Source of the DNA: an uncultured cyanobacterium
GTDB lineage: Bacteria; Cyanobacteriota; Cyanobacteriia; Cyanobacteriales; Microcystaceae
Length of the DNA stretch: 64,000 bases
Reading direction: 5' to 3'
Assembly: GCA_963807635.1 (NCBI GenBank)
Contig: CAWEDJ010000036.1
Location: 1-64,000 of the forward strand
Under the pieces are notes generated by a model. That model was not told the origin of the DNA, ran no database searches, and saw nothing but the letters and a program-made list of their open reading frames with translations. Numbering within the stretch: the first letter of the stretch is position 1; each line of letters begins with the position of its first letter. Shown piece after piece: positions 42,046-53,729 of the stretch. Made by a program: the position numbers and the translations under genes.

Positions 42046-43571
42046 CAGCAATTCCAAATTCAGAATGTAGCTAAAGACAAAAAAAACTCAAGCTTTTTAC
42101 TGGCAAGGGTTTTACCTTGAAGATTTCCAAGTAAGAAATTAAGAAGAATTGGAAGCAGCAGGAGAAAGGGGGTCATCAAGCATAAAATCTAAAAGATGAT
42201 GCCAGCTTTCAAAGAGTAAATATTTGGTTAAAGAAAGAAAGTCTTGGAAGAATCCCTTACGAGTACAGCGTTGGACGCGAATCCTCTGGTAACGTTCATC
42301 AACCAAACCCAAAACCGTGTGGAAGAGAAAAGCCAGTAGATTGAGAGTGAGCAAAACGGAGGCAAGGTGTTGTTTTCCATGCCCAAAATTATGTTCTAAA
42401 TGATAGCCCCGATTTTTGAGAATATTGTGATTCTCATTCTCCGTGCGCCAACGAGTCCGTCCAGCACGACAGACATCAAGAACGACTTGAGGGGTGAGAA
42501 AATGGTTGGTAATCCAACTATTGTGATGGAGGAGTTGAGCATCGGATTCGCGGTAGACTTTTAGTTCACACCAGTTAACCAACAAAGCAGGCTGTTGCTC
42601 TCGCAGGGGGATTTGATTGAGATAACGACATTGCCAAATCTCAAAATACTTCCCATTCCAGCGTCGGTGTTGAGTAGTTTTGAGTTCCCCGTTGGCTTCT
42701 AAATAGGCTAACCACTCATAAAGTGTGGGATGAGAAGTCGGCAAACAGACGAAGATAAAGTTGAAGTCGTGGTCTAGACTATGCTGACAAGTCGGCTGAC
42801 GACTGAACAAGTCATCCCCTAGTAGCGTTATCTTCTGCCATGCAAACAAACTGGCATGATTACTTATCCAGCGTTTTGCCGCATTTTGCTCGCAATCCTG
42901 TTTTTCCGACCCGTCTTGAGGAGTGATAAATTCAGGAGCTAAGGAGAAAACTGATTCATGGTCTGGGGAAACAATCACTGGTAATAATGCTTGATGAAAG
43001 TAGGTGACTTTTCCCTGTTTTGACGTTTTGGTTGAACAGCATGGACAATTGACTTTCCCTGAACTGTGATAATTTGTTCCATCCATCGCCACTAATAGAT
43101 TTCCCCCCAATATCTCATAAGATTTTAGGAATCCCATGTTTCTCAATGCTTGGTAAATCAACCCAAACAATGGGAATAGACTGCTCGCTGTTATCCCATC
43201 CACAATATTACGAATCTGCTCTACTGTCGGTATTTTGTTTAGTCCAAACAAACTTTGAGCATTATCTCGCCCACAACGACTGTTGAGTTGACGTTGGTAC
43301 TCTAAAAATGACTCATTTTGCGTAAAAAAGGCGGCAAATGCACCCAGTATCGCCTCTCTTAGACTATATTTCGTTGCGTTACTCGCTGAGCGCGGGTCAT
43401 CTATTTTTGCGATAACCTCGTTTAAACACTCCATGATTCCATCAAAACTTAGGTCGGTTACTTTCATTTCACACTCTACAAAACCAGCAAAAGTTTCTCT
43501 TCTTGTTCATAGACCCCTAAATGCGAATACCATTCTGTTTTTGTTTATACCATTTGAATTTGGAATTGCTG
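42046..43571 (-). mobile_element. ISNCY-type DDE insertion sequence, 1526 bp
   Basis: IRs CAGCAATTCCAAATTCA; 9-bp TSD GTCAATCAA (42037-42045, 43572-43580). Confidence 0.9.
42139..43467 (-). CDS. DDE transposase (ISNCY-like)
   Basis: AMDGT, KQDCEQNAAKRW, LGDDLF, GRTRWRTENE..LK..GYHLEHNFGHG. Confidence 0.9.
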   Translation of the reverse strand: MKVTDLSFDGIMECLNEVIAKIDDPRSASNATKYSLREAILGAFAAFFTQNESFLEYQRQLNSRCGRDNAQSLFGLNKIPTVEQIRNIVDGITASSLFPLFGLIYQALRNMGFLKSYEILGGNLLVAMDGTNYHSSGKVNCPCCSTKTSKQGKVTYFHQALLPVIVSPDHESVFSLAPEFITPQDGSEKQDCEQNAAKRWISNHASLFAWQKITLLGDDLFSRQPTCQHSLDHDFNFIFVCLPTSHPTLYEWLAYLEANGELKTTQHRRWNGKYFEIWQCRYLNQIPLREQQPALLVNWCELKVYRESDAQLLHHNSWITNHFLTPQVVLDVCRAGRTRWRTENENHNILKNRGYHLEHNFGHGKQHLASVLLTLNLLAFLFHTVLGLVDERYQRIRVQRCTRKGFFQDFLSLTKYLLFESWHHLLDFMLDDPLSPAASNSS

Positions 43572-43580
43572 GTCAATCAA

Positions 43581-43726
43581 GCAGCAATTCTCAGTATGAG
43601 AATGATTCTCATGAGTTTATAGTTTTGCAATACCTGAAGCCCTTATTCTGTCGTTGACTTGTGAACTGTTTTAGTAACTCTGAGAGCCTTTTTATAGGAC
43701 AAATGTTTTAAAATGAGAGTTGCTGC
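43581..43726. mobile_element. MITE (~145 bp) with CAGCAA-type ends
   Basis: GCAGCAATTCTCA...TGAGAGTTGCTGC inverted ends; non-coding; no TSD seen. Confidence 0.7.
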
Positions 43727-43990
43727 GTAGTGGCTTTGTGTGATCGTCTAAAAAAATAAACTGACAGCAGAATTTTTAATCAACTTATACAACTACAAAT
43801 TTATAAATAATTGATAATATTTTATTTTTATAGATGGTAAAAATTAGATTGTTTAAATTATAGCTAAATAGATAAAATTCAATCAGAAAGAGACTTGTAA
43901 TCATAATGGTTCCAGTTTAAGCTATAATCTTCAACTACGCTTTTAAATCAGCGATAGTATCTATAAAATCATCTAAAGGAAAGGCTGAGC

Positions 43991-44677
43991 TTGAAATTAT
44001 CCATTATTATTCCTTGTTATAACGAAAAATCGACTATTCGCGAAGTTATTGATGCAGTTCTCGCGGCTCCCTATGACGACAAAGAAATTATCATTGTCGA
44101 TGATTGCTCCAAAGATGGAACGAAAGAAGTTCTATTGGAAGAAATAGAACCCTTAGTTCATCAAATTCTTTTTCATAAAGTTAATCAGGGGAAGGGAGCC
44201 GCCCTCAGAACAGGAATCCAAGCGGCAACGGGTGATATCGTCCTGATTCAAGATGCGGATTTGGAATACGATCCCCAGGAATATCCCAATTTAGTGGAAC
44301 CTATTTTACGAAATAAAGCAGATGTGGTCTATGGTTCCCGTTTTATGGGTTCCCAGCCCCACCGAGTCCTTTATTTTTGGCACAGTGTCGGTAACATGGT
44401 TTTGACGATTCTATCGAATATGTTTACTAACTTGAACCTAACCGATATGGAAACTTGTTATAAGGTCTTTCGTCGCGAAATTATTCAAGGAATTTCTATT
44501 CAAGAAAATCGTTTTGGTTTTGAACCAGAGATCACCGCTAAAATTGCAAAGTTAGAATGTCGAATTTTTGAAGTGGGGATTTCCTATTATGGACGTACCT
44601 ACAAAGAAGGTAAAAAAATTGGCTGGAAAGATGGAATTAGAGCTATTTACTGCATTATTAAATATAATTTATTTTAG
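43991..44677 (+). CDS. GT2 polyprenol-phosphate glycosyltransferase (DPM1-like)
   Basis: [46 protein letters not shown]. Confidence 0.9.
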   Translation: MKLSIIIPCYNEKSTIREVIDAVLAAPYDDKEIIIVDDCSKDGTKEVLLEEIEPLVHQILFHKVNQGKGAALRTGIQAATGDIVLIQDADLEYDPQEYPNLVEPILRNKADVVYGSRFMGSQPHRVLYFWHSVGNMVLTILSNMFTNLNLTDMETCYKVFRREIIQGISIQENRFGFEPEITAKIAKLECRIFEVGISYYGRTYKEGKKIGWKDGIRAIYCIIKYNLF

Positions 44678-44742
44678 GAGTACGGTATGGGGATTTTAAA
44701 ATTCGATATGCTATCTTCTTAGTAACTATAATTTCTGACTTA

Positions 44743-47700
44743 ATGAACAAATTTATTATTATTGATCATTCGTTGTGTAACCTCCAAGGGCATCATCATG
44801 AATGTAGTATTTCCGTTGCAGAAGCCGCCGCAAGGAGCAGTTATCAACCTATTATTCTCGCTAATCGGGCATTATCGCGATCGCTGTTGTCAAGAGAAAT
44901 TAGCATTATGCCAGTTTTTGATGTTGATTGGTTTAATAAACCGATTATCATAGAGAAAGAAAAATATAACAAAGAGAAGTCGGAAAATACAAAAAAGAAA
45001 ACTTTTAAGGAATATATTAATTATCAACTCTATCTTTGGAATTATAAATATCCTCGTTGGTCAATTTTCGGGGAAAAAGTTGAGGGCAGTACTAAGAGAT
45101 CTAAGGAATGGTTAAAAAAAGATTGGCAATTATTGCGCTCTATTCCCTTGAGTAATACCCTGTGGGGATTATTAAAAATTATTTGGGGATTAATCCGTTT
45201 TATTTTTGGATTAGGTTTAAAAGTAATCAGTAAAATTTTTAAAAAAGTAGGTAAACCTTCCCAAGTTTTGACTTCAAAAAATCAAAGTTTTACAGAAACT
45301 CTAGCAGAAATCTTACCCACTTTGAACTTAACTCCAGACGATCAAATTTTAATTCATACTTTTGGAATAGAACAATTAGAAGAATTATATTATTTTTTAG
45401 AAAAAAGCGATCGCGACTTATTACCGACCTATCATTTATTATTCAGAAGGGATACGGATGAGCCGTTAGTGATTAATGCCAAAGGAATGGGACTTAAATT
45501 TTGTTTACAAGCATTTTATGATCGTCAACTATGGCCTAATAAAATTCGTTTTTATACGGATACGGAAGATTTAGTTAGAAAACATAATGCCCTTAGCCCT
45601 GTTCAAGTGACTCAGGTTCCCATTCCTTTTCGTCAAGAAAAATTAATTAATCAATCATCCCAAGATACAAAAGATTTTATCCATATTGTTTATTTAGGGG
45701 ATGCTCGCTCTGAGAAAGGCTATCACTATTTACCGAATTTAATAGAAACCCTGTGGCCAACTTATTTACAGACTAATAAGGTTAAATTTACCATTCAATC
45801 TAATTACAATATCGATGGGGGAGAAGTCGAAATTCTAGCGGCAAAATTAGCTCTTTCCCAATATCCTGAAAGCAAGATTAAATTAATTGATCATCCTATG
45901 TCACCTGATGATTACTATCAGTTATTGGCTTCTGCGGATATTGTAATTTTGCCCTATAATCCCCAAAATTATCAACGAACTTCAGGGGTTTTAACGGAAG
46001 CCTTAGCCGCAGGAAAGCCTGTTGTTGTGCCTGATGGAAGTTGGTTAGCCCAACAAGTCGATGAATCAAGGGCCAGTATTTACCGTGATCCCCAGGATTT
46101 ACCTCAGGCGGTTATTCGCTTACTAGAAAATTTACCGACTTTTACCCAATCTGCCCAAGAGTTTAGTATTAATTGGCGATCGCGTCAATCCCCAGATTAT
46201 TTTTTAGATTGTTTATTAAAACCTGTTAATTGGCCATCGGTTAAGTTACCTATCGAACAACCTAAATTAGTGCAATTGCCCCCTAGTGTTTTGTTGATAT
46301 TATCGGCAAATTTAATCTTAGAAGGAGAAAATTTAGAGAAACTAAATTATTTTTGTCGATGTGGTTATCGGGTTTATAGTATTTTTTATACCTCGGAAAA
46401 AGTCGTTAATATAAATTCTCTAAAACAAATACTAGAAAGTTATAAGCTATACCAATTTTGGATTTTAACTGATCAAGATAAGCGGATTGATCCGAAGAAT
46501 TTTACCTCTTCTGAATATCAGCAATATCTAGAAGATAGCTATTATCAACGTTCAACATTATTACGAGATTGGATCGATGCTAGTCGTTTACAAATTCCCA
46601 TAGAATTAAAACAAACCCTTAACAATATTCAGATTAATTTAGTTTATATTGATTCCCTCGTTTACGGACAATATATTCAAAAACTAGACTTAAAGACAAA
46701 AACCGTTATTCTTGAAGTCTCACAACTCTATTCCTACCATTACGCCCTACGCGATCGCCGAGAAGTTAATCCCCAGGAATTAAGCCAGGAAATTGAACAG
46801 TTAAAGCAATATCCCGTTTTAGTGACTGATTTTCAACACCTAGCAGAAAAATTAGAAGAGTTAACAGGGAATAGTCAGATTTATGGAATTAGTACTATTT
46901 CTAAATCAAAAACGGTTTTAAATTATTTAGCCCTAAATCAAGCTTGTCAAAACATTTTAGGTGACAAAACTTTAGCAATCGAAAGATTTAGCACTAGCCC
47001 TAAAATTGCCATTCTTTATCCTGGGGAGATATCCAAGAACGCCAAAGCGGAGCTAGTCAGCGAACAGGTTTATTATTAGACTATTTACAAAATCAGGCTT
47101 TTGAAACTCGTGTATATACTATCGGTCAAACCCAAAAAATATGGTCAAAAGGGGTTTATTACGAGTATTATAATTCCGATTTTGGGCAGACAGAATTAGT
47201 AAAAAATGTGTATCAAGATGCCTATTCTTCTTGGCGCGAAACCCTTAATCTAATGGGAGAAAATGTAGAGGATGGCTTATCTTCGCTTAATGAAAATTGG
47301 TTGCCGTGGATTTATTATCAATTTCGTTTCGATCCTAGCTTTAAAAACTGGATTGAACGCATTACCGACTGGGCCGATGTAGTGATTTTGGAATATCCTT
47401 TTTGGGGAGAAATATTAGGTAGAATTTGCCCCCAGAAAAATGTTAAATTAATCCTCACCGCCCATGATGTCTTATCCAATAATTTAGATGAGGATTCTCT
47501 ATTAAGAAAAATTGCTTTAACTGAAGAGATTAATGCCTTAAAAAAAGCGGATAATGTCGTTACTTTATCTGAAAACGATCAAGTCTTTTTTGAGAAATAT
47601 AATATTAAAAGTCATTGTATTCCTATCGCGATCAATACTGAAAAAATCAATTCTATTTGTCAAAAAAAATCTCTCCTACAAAATCCTCAAGAGATAGAAA

Positions 47701-48224
47701 TTACGAACCGACTCAATTCAGACTTTTGTCTTTTCGTGGGTAGTCAACATAATCCTAATATTGAAGCCGTTAAACAAATTCGCCAGTGGTTAAATCCCAC
47801 TAATCCTCTTGCTGGCAATTTTACAGGTAAGTTTGTCATTGTCGGAGGTTGTTGGCAAATCGAGGAAAAAGGAAACTTTATCTCTGTAGGGAAGGTCAGT
47901 GATGAACTGTTAAGCTATCTCTACCAACGTGCGGCCTTGGTAGTCTCTCCTTTGAGTTCGGGTACGGGAATGTCTGTCAAGATAATTGAGGCGATGGCCT
48001 ATGGTAAAGTTATCCTGGGAACCAGTGTCGGCTTTAGGGGCTATCCTGTAGAGTCAGGGGTTAACTGTGTTGTCTGTGATAATTTAGAGGATTATCCTGA
48101 AAAAATTGATCAACTTCTTCAACAACCCGAAGTTTTAGATCGTATGGGCAAAAAAGCACAGGAATTCGCTCAAGGCTATGATTACCACTTATTATATAAA
48201 ACATATTTAGATTTAATTTCATGA
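44743..48224 (+). CDS. Large multi-domain GT4-type glycosyltransferase (1-bp frameshift at ~47020)
   Basis: YLGDARSEKG..TSGVLTEALAAGKPVV and later GTGMSVKIIEAMAYGK; adding one C gives ILYPWGDIQERQSGASQRTG. Confidence 0.8.
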
Positions 48225-51212
48225 AAGTATTCATTGCGGATTTTGATTTATTTGCAAAAGTTGGCGGAGGACAAACTTTTTATCGCAGTATTATTTTAAA
48301 AAATCCCCAGATTGATTTTTATTATTTAGTAGAACAGGAAAAACTTGAAACGAAGCGTCCTGCTAATGCTCATCCTGTCAGTTTTCAGGAAAAGTATTTT
48401 TTAGCAGATATTAATAGTTTTTTCGATGTAAATCCTCCTAAATGGGTTTATCGTTCCTTTATTCGTGCCAATAATATTGCCAACGCAATCGCGGGAATGG
48501 AATTTGATGTGATTGATTCTCCCGACTATGAACAATGGGGAATTTTTCTGCATTCAGCTTTAAATTATCACCAAGTTAAGTTTGGAAAAATTGCTCTTTC
48601 TTTGCATGGAAAAATTTCAACAACCTTGCAATTAGATTGGTTTAATCAGGGTAACGAAAATATTCCTTTAGTATTGGAAGAAGCGAAACAATACGCAACG
48701 GTTGATTTACGTTATGGCATCAGTAAGAGTTATATTGATGAATGGAAAAAAATTAGCCCTTTTGAGTGCCATTATTATCATCCTTTACACTTTTTTGATT
48801 TACCTAAGCCTGTTGCCGAAATCTCCAATGAACAATCTCCTAACTTAAATTTTATTGGGCGTACTGAGCGGCGAAAAGGGCACAGATATTTTCATTGATT
48901 TAGTTTGGTGGTTAGCCGAATCTCATTATAATCAAGCAAATATTATTGGCCCCCATAGTTTTAACGATAAGGCGACGGTTTCTTCCCAGAGTTTTTTAGA
49001 AGAAATGCTAAAAAATCGCAACAAGGGTATTCAATTATTGCCTCCGAAAACTCAAAAGGAATTGATGGCATTGTTCGCCACTCAATCAGTAACTTTTGTT
49101 CCCTCGCGCTATGACACTTTAAATCTGATTGCCCTAGAGTCCTTGTTTTCAGGATGTCCTACGGTTATTGGGAGTGGGGCGGGGGTTTGTCGATTATTGG
49201 AAGAAAGTTTTCCTGAGATTCCCTTTGTTAAAATCGATCTAGACAATATCTATGCTTGCTTGTCAGACATTGACGCAATTTTAACGAATTATTCTGATTA
49301 TCGTAGTCAATTAGTCGATCGCGTCTTAGCGGTAAATCAAACTATCAGCGATCCTCCCTTAATTGAGATCTATCAAAGCTCATCGGCCCATGAATCCGAA
49401 GTTCGTCAGGAATTACAAAATTGGTATGATCAGTTAATGGGTTATTGGCGATCAACTCAAGAGGGAAAATCTTGGATACAACCGCTCAAAGCCCAATTAA
49501 AACCCAAAGCCAAGGAAATTCTCAAAAACCTCAAATCAAATCTTGGCCCCGTGAAGGATAAATTACTGGAACCCCTTCGGGATGAATATAATTCCCAGAC
49601 ATTAAAATCACCATTGTTACTTAAAAAATACGCTAGGACTTTTAACGAACCTGAGCAAACATCAGAGGAAATTGAAGATAAGTTGGAAGACCTCTGGCGG
49701 ATTGCTTCTAACTATAAATCTGAATTATTGGGAGTAAGGGGTAAGTTAGGCATCAATTATCGGATTGATCGCGTCCGACTCTGGCGAGAATTGGCACGAA
49801 TTGAAGAATTACGGGGTAATGTGTTTGTGACGGCGACCTATAAGGTGCGAGCTATGCGGGCCTTGGGAGAAGATCGTTTTGGCGATTTGCCCTTTGTTTT
49901 ACGGACGCTACAGGAAACGGGGTTTACCAAGGAAGCCAAGGCGGTGGATGCCCTGTACGGAAAACCGAGTGAACGGGAAGAAAAAAGTTTCGCTCTCATT
50001 GAAGCGGCAAGGGTAGATAATCTGGTTAATCCCGCCGAGGATAAATACGAAATTTGGGACGATCGCCGAGGTAAATCAGAATATCGGGCAACCATTATTG
50101 TTTCTCTTTATAATGCGGCGACCAAATTACCCCTATTCCTCAAAACCCTGAAACACCAGACCCTTATTCAAAAAGGGGAAGCCGAAGTTATTTTGATGGA
50201 TAGTGGCTCTCCAACGGATGAATATCAAGTTTTTCAAGCATTAGCTTCCGAATTAGATTATCCCATTCTGTATGCGCGATCGCCCCAACGGGAAACCATT
50301 CAAAGTGCCTGGAATCGGGGCATTAAATTAGCGCGATCGCCCTATTTGGCCTTTTTAGGGGTTGATGAAACGATTTTGCCCGATTGTTTGGAAGTTTTAG
50401 CCAAGGAACTGGATCAGGATCAAAACCTCGATTGGGTGATTGGCCACAGCTTAGTCACTAATGTTGATCCCCAGGGTAGTTGGGCCAATGACATCATGAC
50501 TTATGATCGCACGGGTTACGAACAGGATTTGGTCTATCTGGAAACCTGTTATCTTTCCTGGGTCGGAGCCTTGTACCGAAAATCGATCCATGATCGCTTT
50601 GGTTATTATGATCAGAGTTTTCGAGGGGCAGGGGATACGGAATTTAAAAATCGCGTCATGCCCTACATCAAAAGTAAAGCCGTTGACCGTACCCTGGGCT
50701 TATTTTGGAATTATCCCGATGAACGCACCACCCAAAGCCCGTTGGCAGAAATCGAAGATATGCGAGCCTGGTATCTGCACCGTACTCTCGCGGGGGTAAA
50801 ATATGCCTTTGGTCAGCGATCGCCTGAAGAAGTCGAGAATTTGCTCTATCATTGTCTGGGTTATCGTAAATCCTACTGTCGCCATACCAGCACGGATCTA
50901 GACCATGCCTACAATTTAGCCTTATATTTGCGATCGGTTTCCCCTGAATCCCCTGCTCTGAAGTATTTTGATGGCATTAATAGCCTCTTAAATTCCTATC
51001 GTGCGTTGGATTGGATGCCAAAACTTTCTCAATTTACGCCGTTTTCCTTAATGTTAGAAACTCGTAAACTAACCCAAGCTGTTCAACAGGAACATCAGCA
51101 ACTTTGGACAGGCGATCGCCTTCATGTTCCCCAATACAAAATTTTTAACGACAATCGCCACGAACAACACGCCTTTTTGTGGTTTACGGATATTTCAGCA
51201 ACTAAAAAATAA
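48221..51212 (+). CDS. GT4 + GT2 bifunctional glycosyltransferase (1-bp insertion at ~48882)
   Basis: FIGRTERRKG(P)DIF..PSRYDTLNLIALESL; IVSLYNA..DSGSPT..AWNRGI..GVDE. Confidence 0.8.
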
Positions 51213-51215
51213 ATC

Positions 51216-52444
51216 ATGTTACAAAATCTCAAGGATCAAATTAAATTTAAACTGGCTAAAATTCTCACCCCTGAAGTTGATAAAAAACTAAAAGTTAATC
51301 AGAGAATATCTACTCTAGAGCAAGAGATTCTTGAATTGAAACAGAAGTTGATATCGGTTGACCAGAAAAACGACCAGAGAATGACTAATGTAATGTCCTT
51401 TGGGATCTCTCCTGGTATGAAGAAAATCTTTGGGAACCCACCGTACAAATTATTCTGAAAGATCTTTGTAAGTCGGGAGATATTGTTTTTGATGTGGGAG
51501 CCAATTTTGCTGGTTTAACAACCGTTATGTCACGAATAGTTGGCCCTAGAGGTATTGTTTGTGCTTTTGAAGCTAGTCCTCGCATTATTGATAAAACTCA
51601 GCGAAATTTAGTATTAAGTGGCTGTAATAACGTACAACTATTTCATAATGCTGTTTACCATACTTCTGGGAAAAAAGTTAAAATTTTTTTGGGGGATCAT
51701 CTCAACGATAGTATTTATTCGGAATATGGAGAAGATTCTAGTTATGAGGTTAAAACCTTGGCTTTAGATGATTTTATTGCGGCTACTCAACTAATACCTA
51801 ATCTGGTAAAAATGGATATTGAAGGTGCTGAATTTGATGCCCTCAAAGGTTTTGTCAACACTTTAAAAACGGCTAAACCCCATTTAATTCTCGAAACTCA
51901 ACGAGAAGATACTCGTTGTTTAGATTTTTTACGAGATCTAGGTTATTCAGCGATCGATTTGAATACCTATCAGGAGATAACAGTGATAGATGATTATCCC
52001 CTCGGCGCAAATATTCGCAACAATCTTTATATTCATCGCGATCGCCACCTAGACACTCCTTATCATTTGCCCTTTCATTTTCAAGAGTACAAAGTCTTGT
52101 CAGAGAAAGATTTTAATCAACAGGCTGATGGTTCAACCTTTTTAAACGAACCTTTAGTCTTAGAAGCAGGGCGTTATGTGATGGATGTTGATTTTACTGC
52201 TTTAGGAATCGATAATCAAATGATGTGCGGGGTCAAGAGCGAGGGAGTAATCATTTTTCAGTACCATGCTTATAGTCACCTATTAGCATCAAGCTACCGA
52301 GACTGGATTATTGATCTTTCGGAAACTTCTAGCATCACCATTTATTTTCAATTTCAAAATGGAACAAGGGACGATAGTTTTGTTATTAAAGGTGTACGCA
52401 TTAATAAAATTACTAATATCCCGCTATCTAATTTTTTGAATTAG
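51216..52444 (+). CDS. FkbM-family methyltransferase, paralog A (1-bp frameshift at ~51411)
   Basis: DVGAN, AFEASP, KMDIEGAE; adding one C aligns SPWYEENLWEP with paralog B's APWYQENFWEP. Confidence 0.85.
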
Positions 52445-52538
52445 ATTTTGATTTATAGAATGTTTTTATAAAGACAATCACAACGAACAACACGCCTTCC
52501 TATGGCTTAAGGATCTTTCAGCAAATAAAAAATAAATT

Positions 52539-53720
52539 ATGTTACAAAATCTCAAGGATCAAATTAAATTTAAACTGGCTAAAATTCTCACTCCCGAAGT
52601 TGATAAAAGACTAAAAATTGAAGAAAGATTAGGTATTGCTGACGAAAAAATTGCCAGTGTTGACCTCTACGGCATCGCTCCCTGGTATCAGGAAAATTTT
52701 TGGGAACCCCCCGTCCAAATCGCCCTACAAAATCTCTGTAAACCTGGGGATATTGTCTTTGATGTAGGAGCAAATTTTGGTGGACTCAGTACCCTAATGT
52801 CCCGCGCCGTCGGGCCAAAAGGCGTGGTTTGTTCCTTTGAAGCCAGCCCCCGTATTATTAGTAAAACCCAACGTAATCTTGTTTTAAGTGGTTGTAGTAA
52901 TGTGCAACTTTTCCACACGGCAGTCTATCATACCTCCAACCAAACCGTTAATATTTATCCTGGAGATCATCTCAATGACAGCATTTATGGTTCCTCAACC
53001 TACGGTGATCCCTACGAAATTCCGACTCTTGCCCTCGATGATTTTATTGAATATACTAAACTTGTGCCTAATTTATTGAAATTAGACATTGAAGAAGCGG
53101 AATTTGATGCGTTACAGGGCATGAAAAAAACGCTTATAATTGCTAAACCCCATTTAATTTTAGAAACCCAACGAGAAGATACGAATTGTCTCAATTTTTT
53201 GCGGGATAATGGTTATATCGCGATCGATTTAAACGCCTACCGAGAAATAACCTCCATTGAAGATTATCCCCCAGGAGAAGGAGTCCGTAATAATCTTTAT
53301 ATTCACCGCGATCGCCTATCGGAAACTCCCTATCAGCCCCCCTTTGAGTTTAAAGATTACGCCTTTTTATCCGAACAAGACTTTAGAAAAAATCCCGATA
53401 ACTCAATTGTTTTAGATAAACCTCTGACATTAGAAAAGGGACGTTATTTAATTAATATTGATTTTACTGCCACAGGCAAAAACAATGATCTCAGATGTGG
53501 CGTAAAAGTTAAGAACAAAGTTATTTTTCGCTACAGTGCCTACAGTTCTTATCTAGCGTCCTGTTATCGAGATTGGGTAATTGATTTACCGAAGAAATCC
53601 GAGATCACGATCTACTTTGAATTTAAAAATAATACTAGAGACGAAAGTTTACAGGTCAACGAAGCCAAGATTATTCAAGTCACTAACTTTAACCACTTCC
53701 CTCCTATTCTTTATATTTAA
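52539..53720 (+). CDS. FkbM-family methyltransferase, paralog B
   Basis: DVGANFG, SFEASP, KLDIEEAE; same N-terminus as paralog A. Confidence 0.9.
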   Translation: MLQNLKDQIKFKLAKILTPEVDKRLKIEERLGIADEKIASVDLYGIAPWYQENFWEPPVQIALQNLCKPGDIVFDVGANFGGLSTLMSRAVGPKGVVCSFEASPRIISKTQRNLVLSGCSNVQLFHTAVYHTSNQTVNIYPGDHLNDSIYGSSTYGDPYEIPTLALDDFIEYTKLVPNLLKLDIEEAEFDALQGMKKTLIIAKPHLILETQREDTNCLNFLRDNGYIAIDLNAYREITSIEDYPPGEGVRNNLYIHRDRLSETPYQPPFEFKDYAFLSEQDFRKNPDNSIVLDKPLTLEKGRYLINIDFTATGKNNDLRCGVKVKNKVIFRYSAYSSYLASCYRDWVIDLPKKSEITIYFEFKNNTRDESLQVNEAKIIQVTNFNHFPPILYI

Positions 53721-53729
53721 TTTAATTCC

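Noticed and set aside
44743..52444. Phase variation by slipped-strand frameshifts in the glycan genes
   Set aside because: The breaks are at 2-3 base runs inside CCWGG or GGGCC motifs, not long repeat tracts, and the same pattern affects housekeeping genes.
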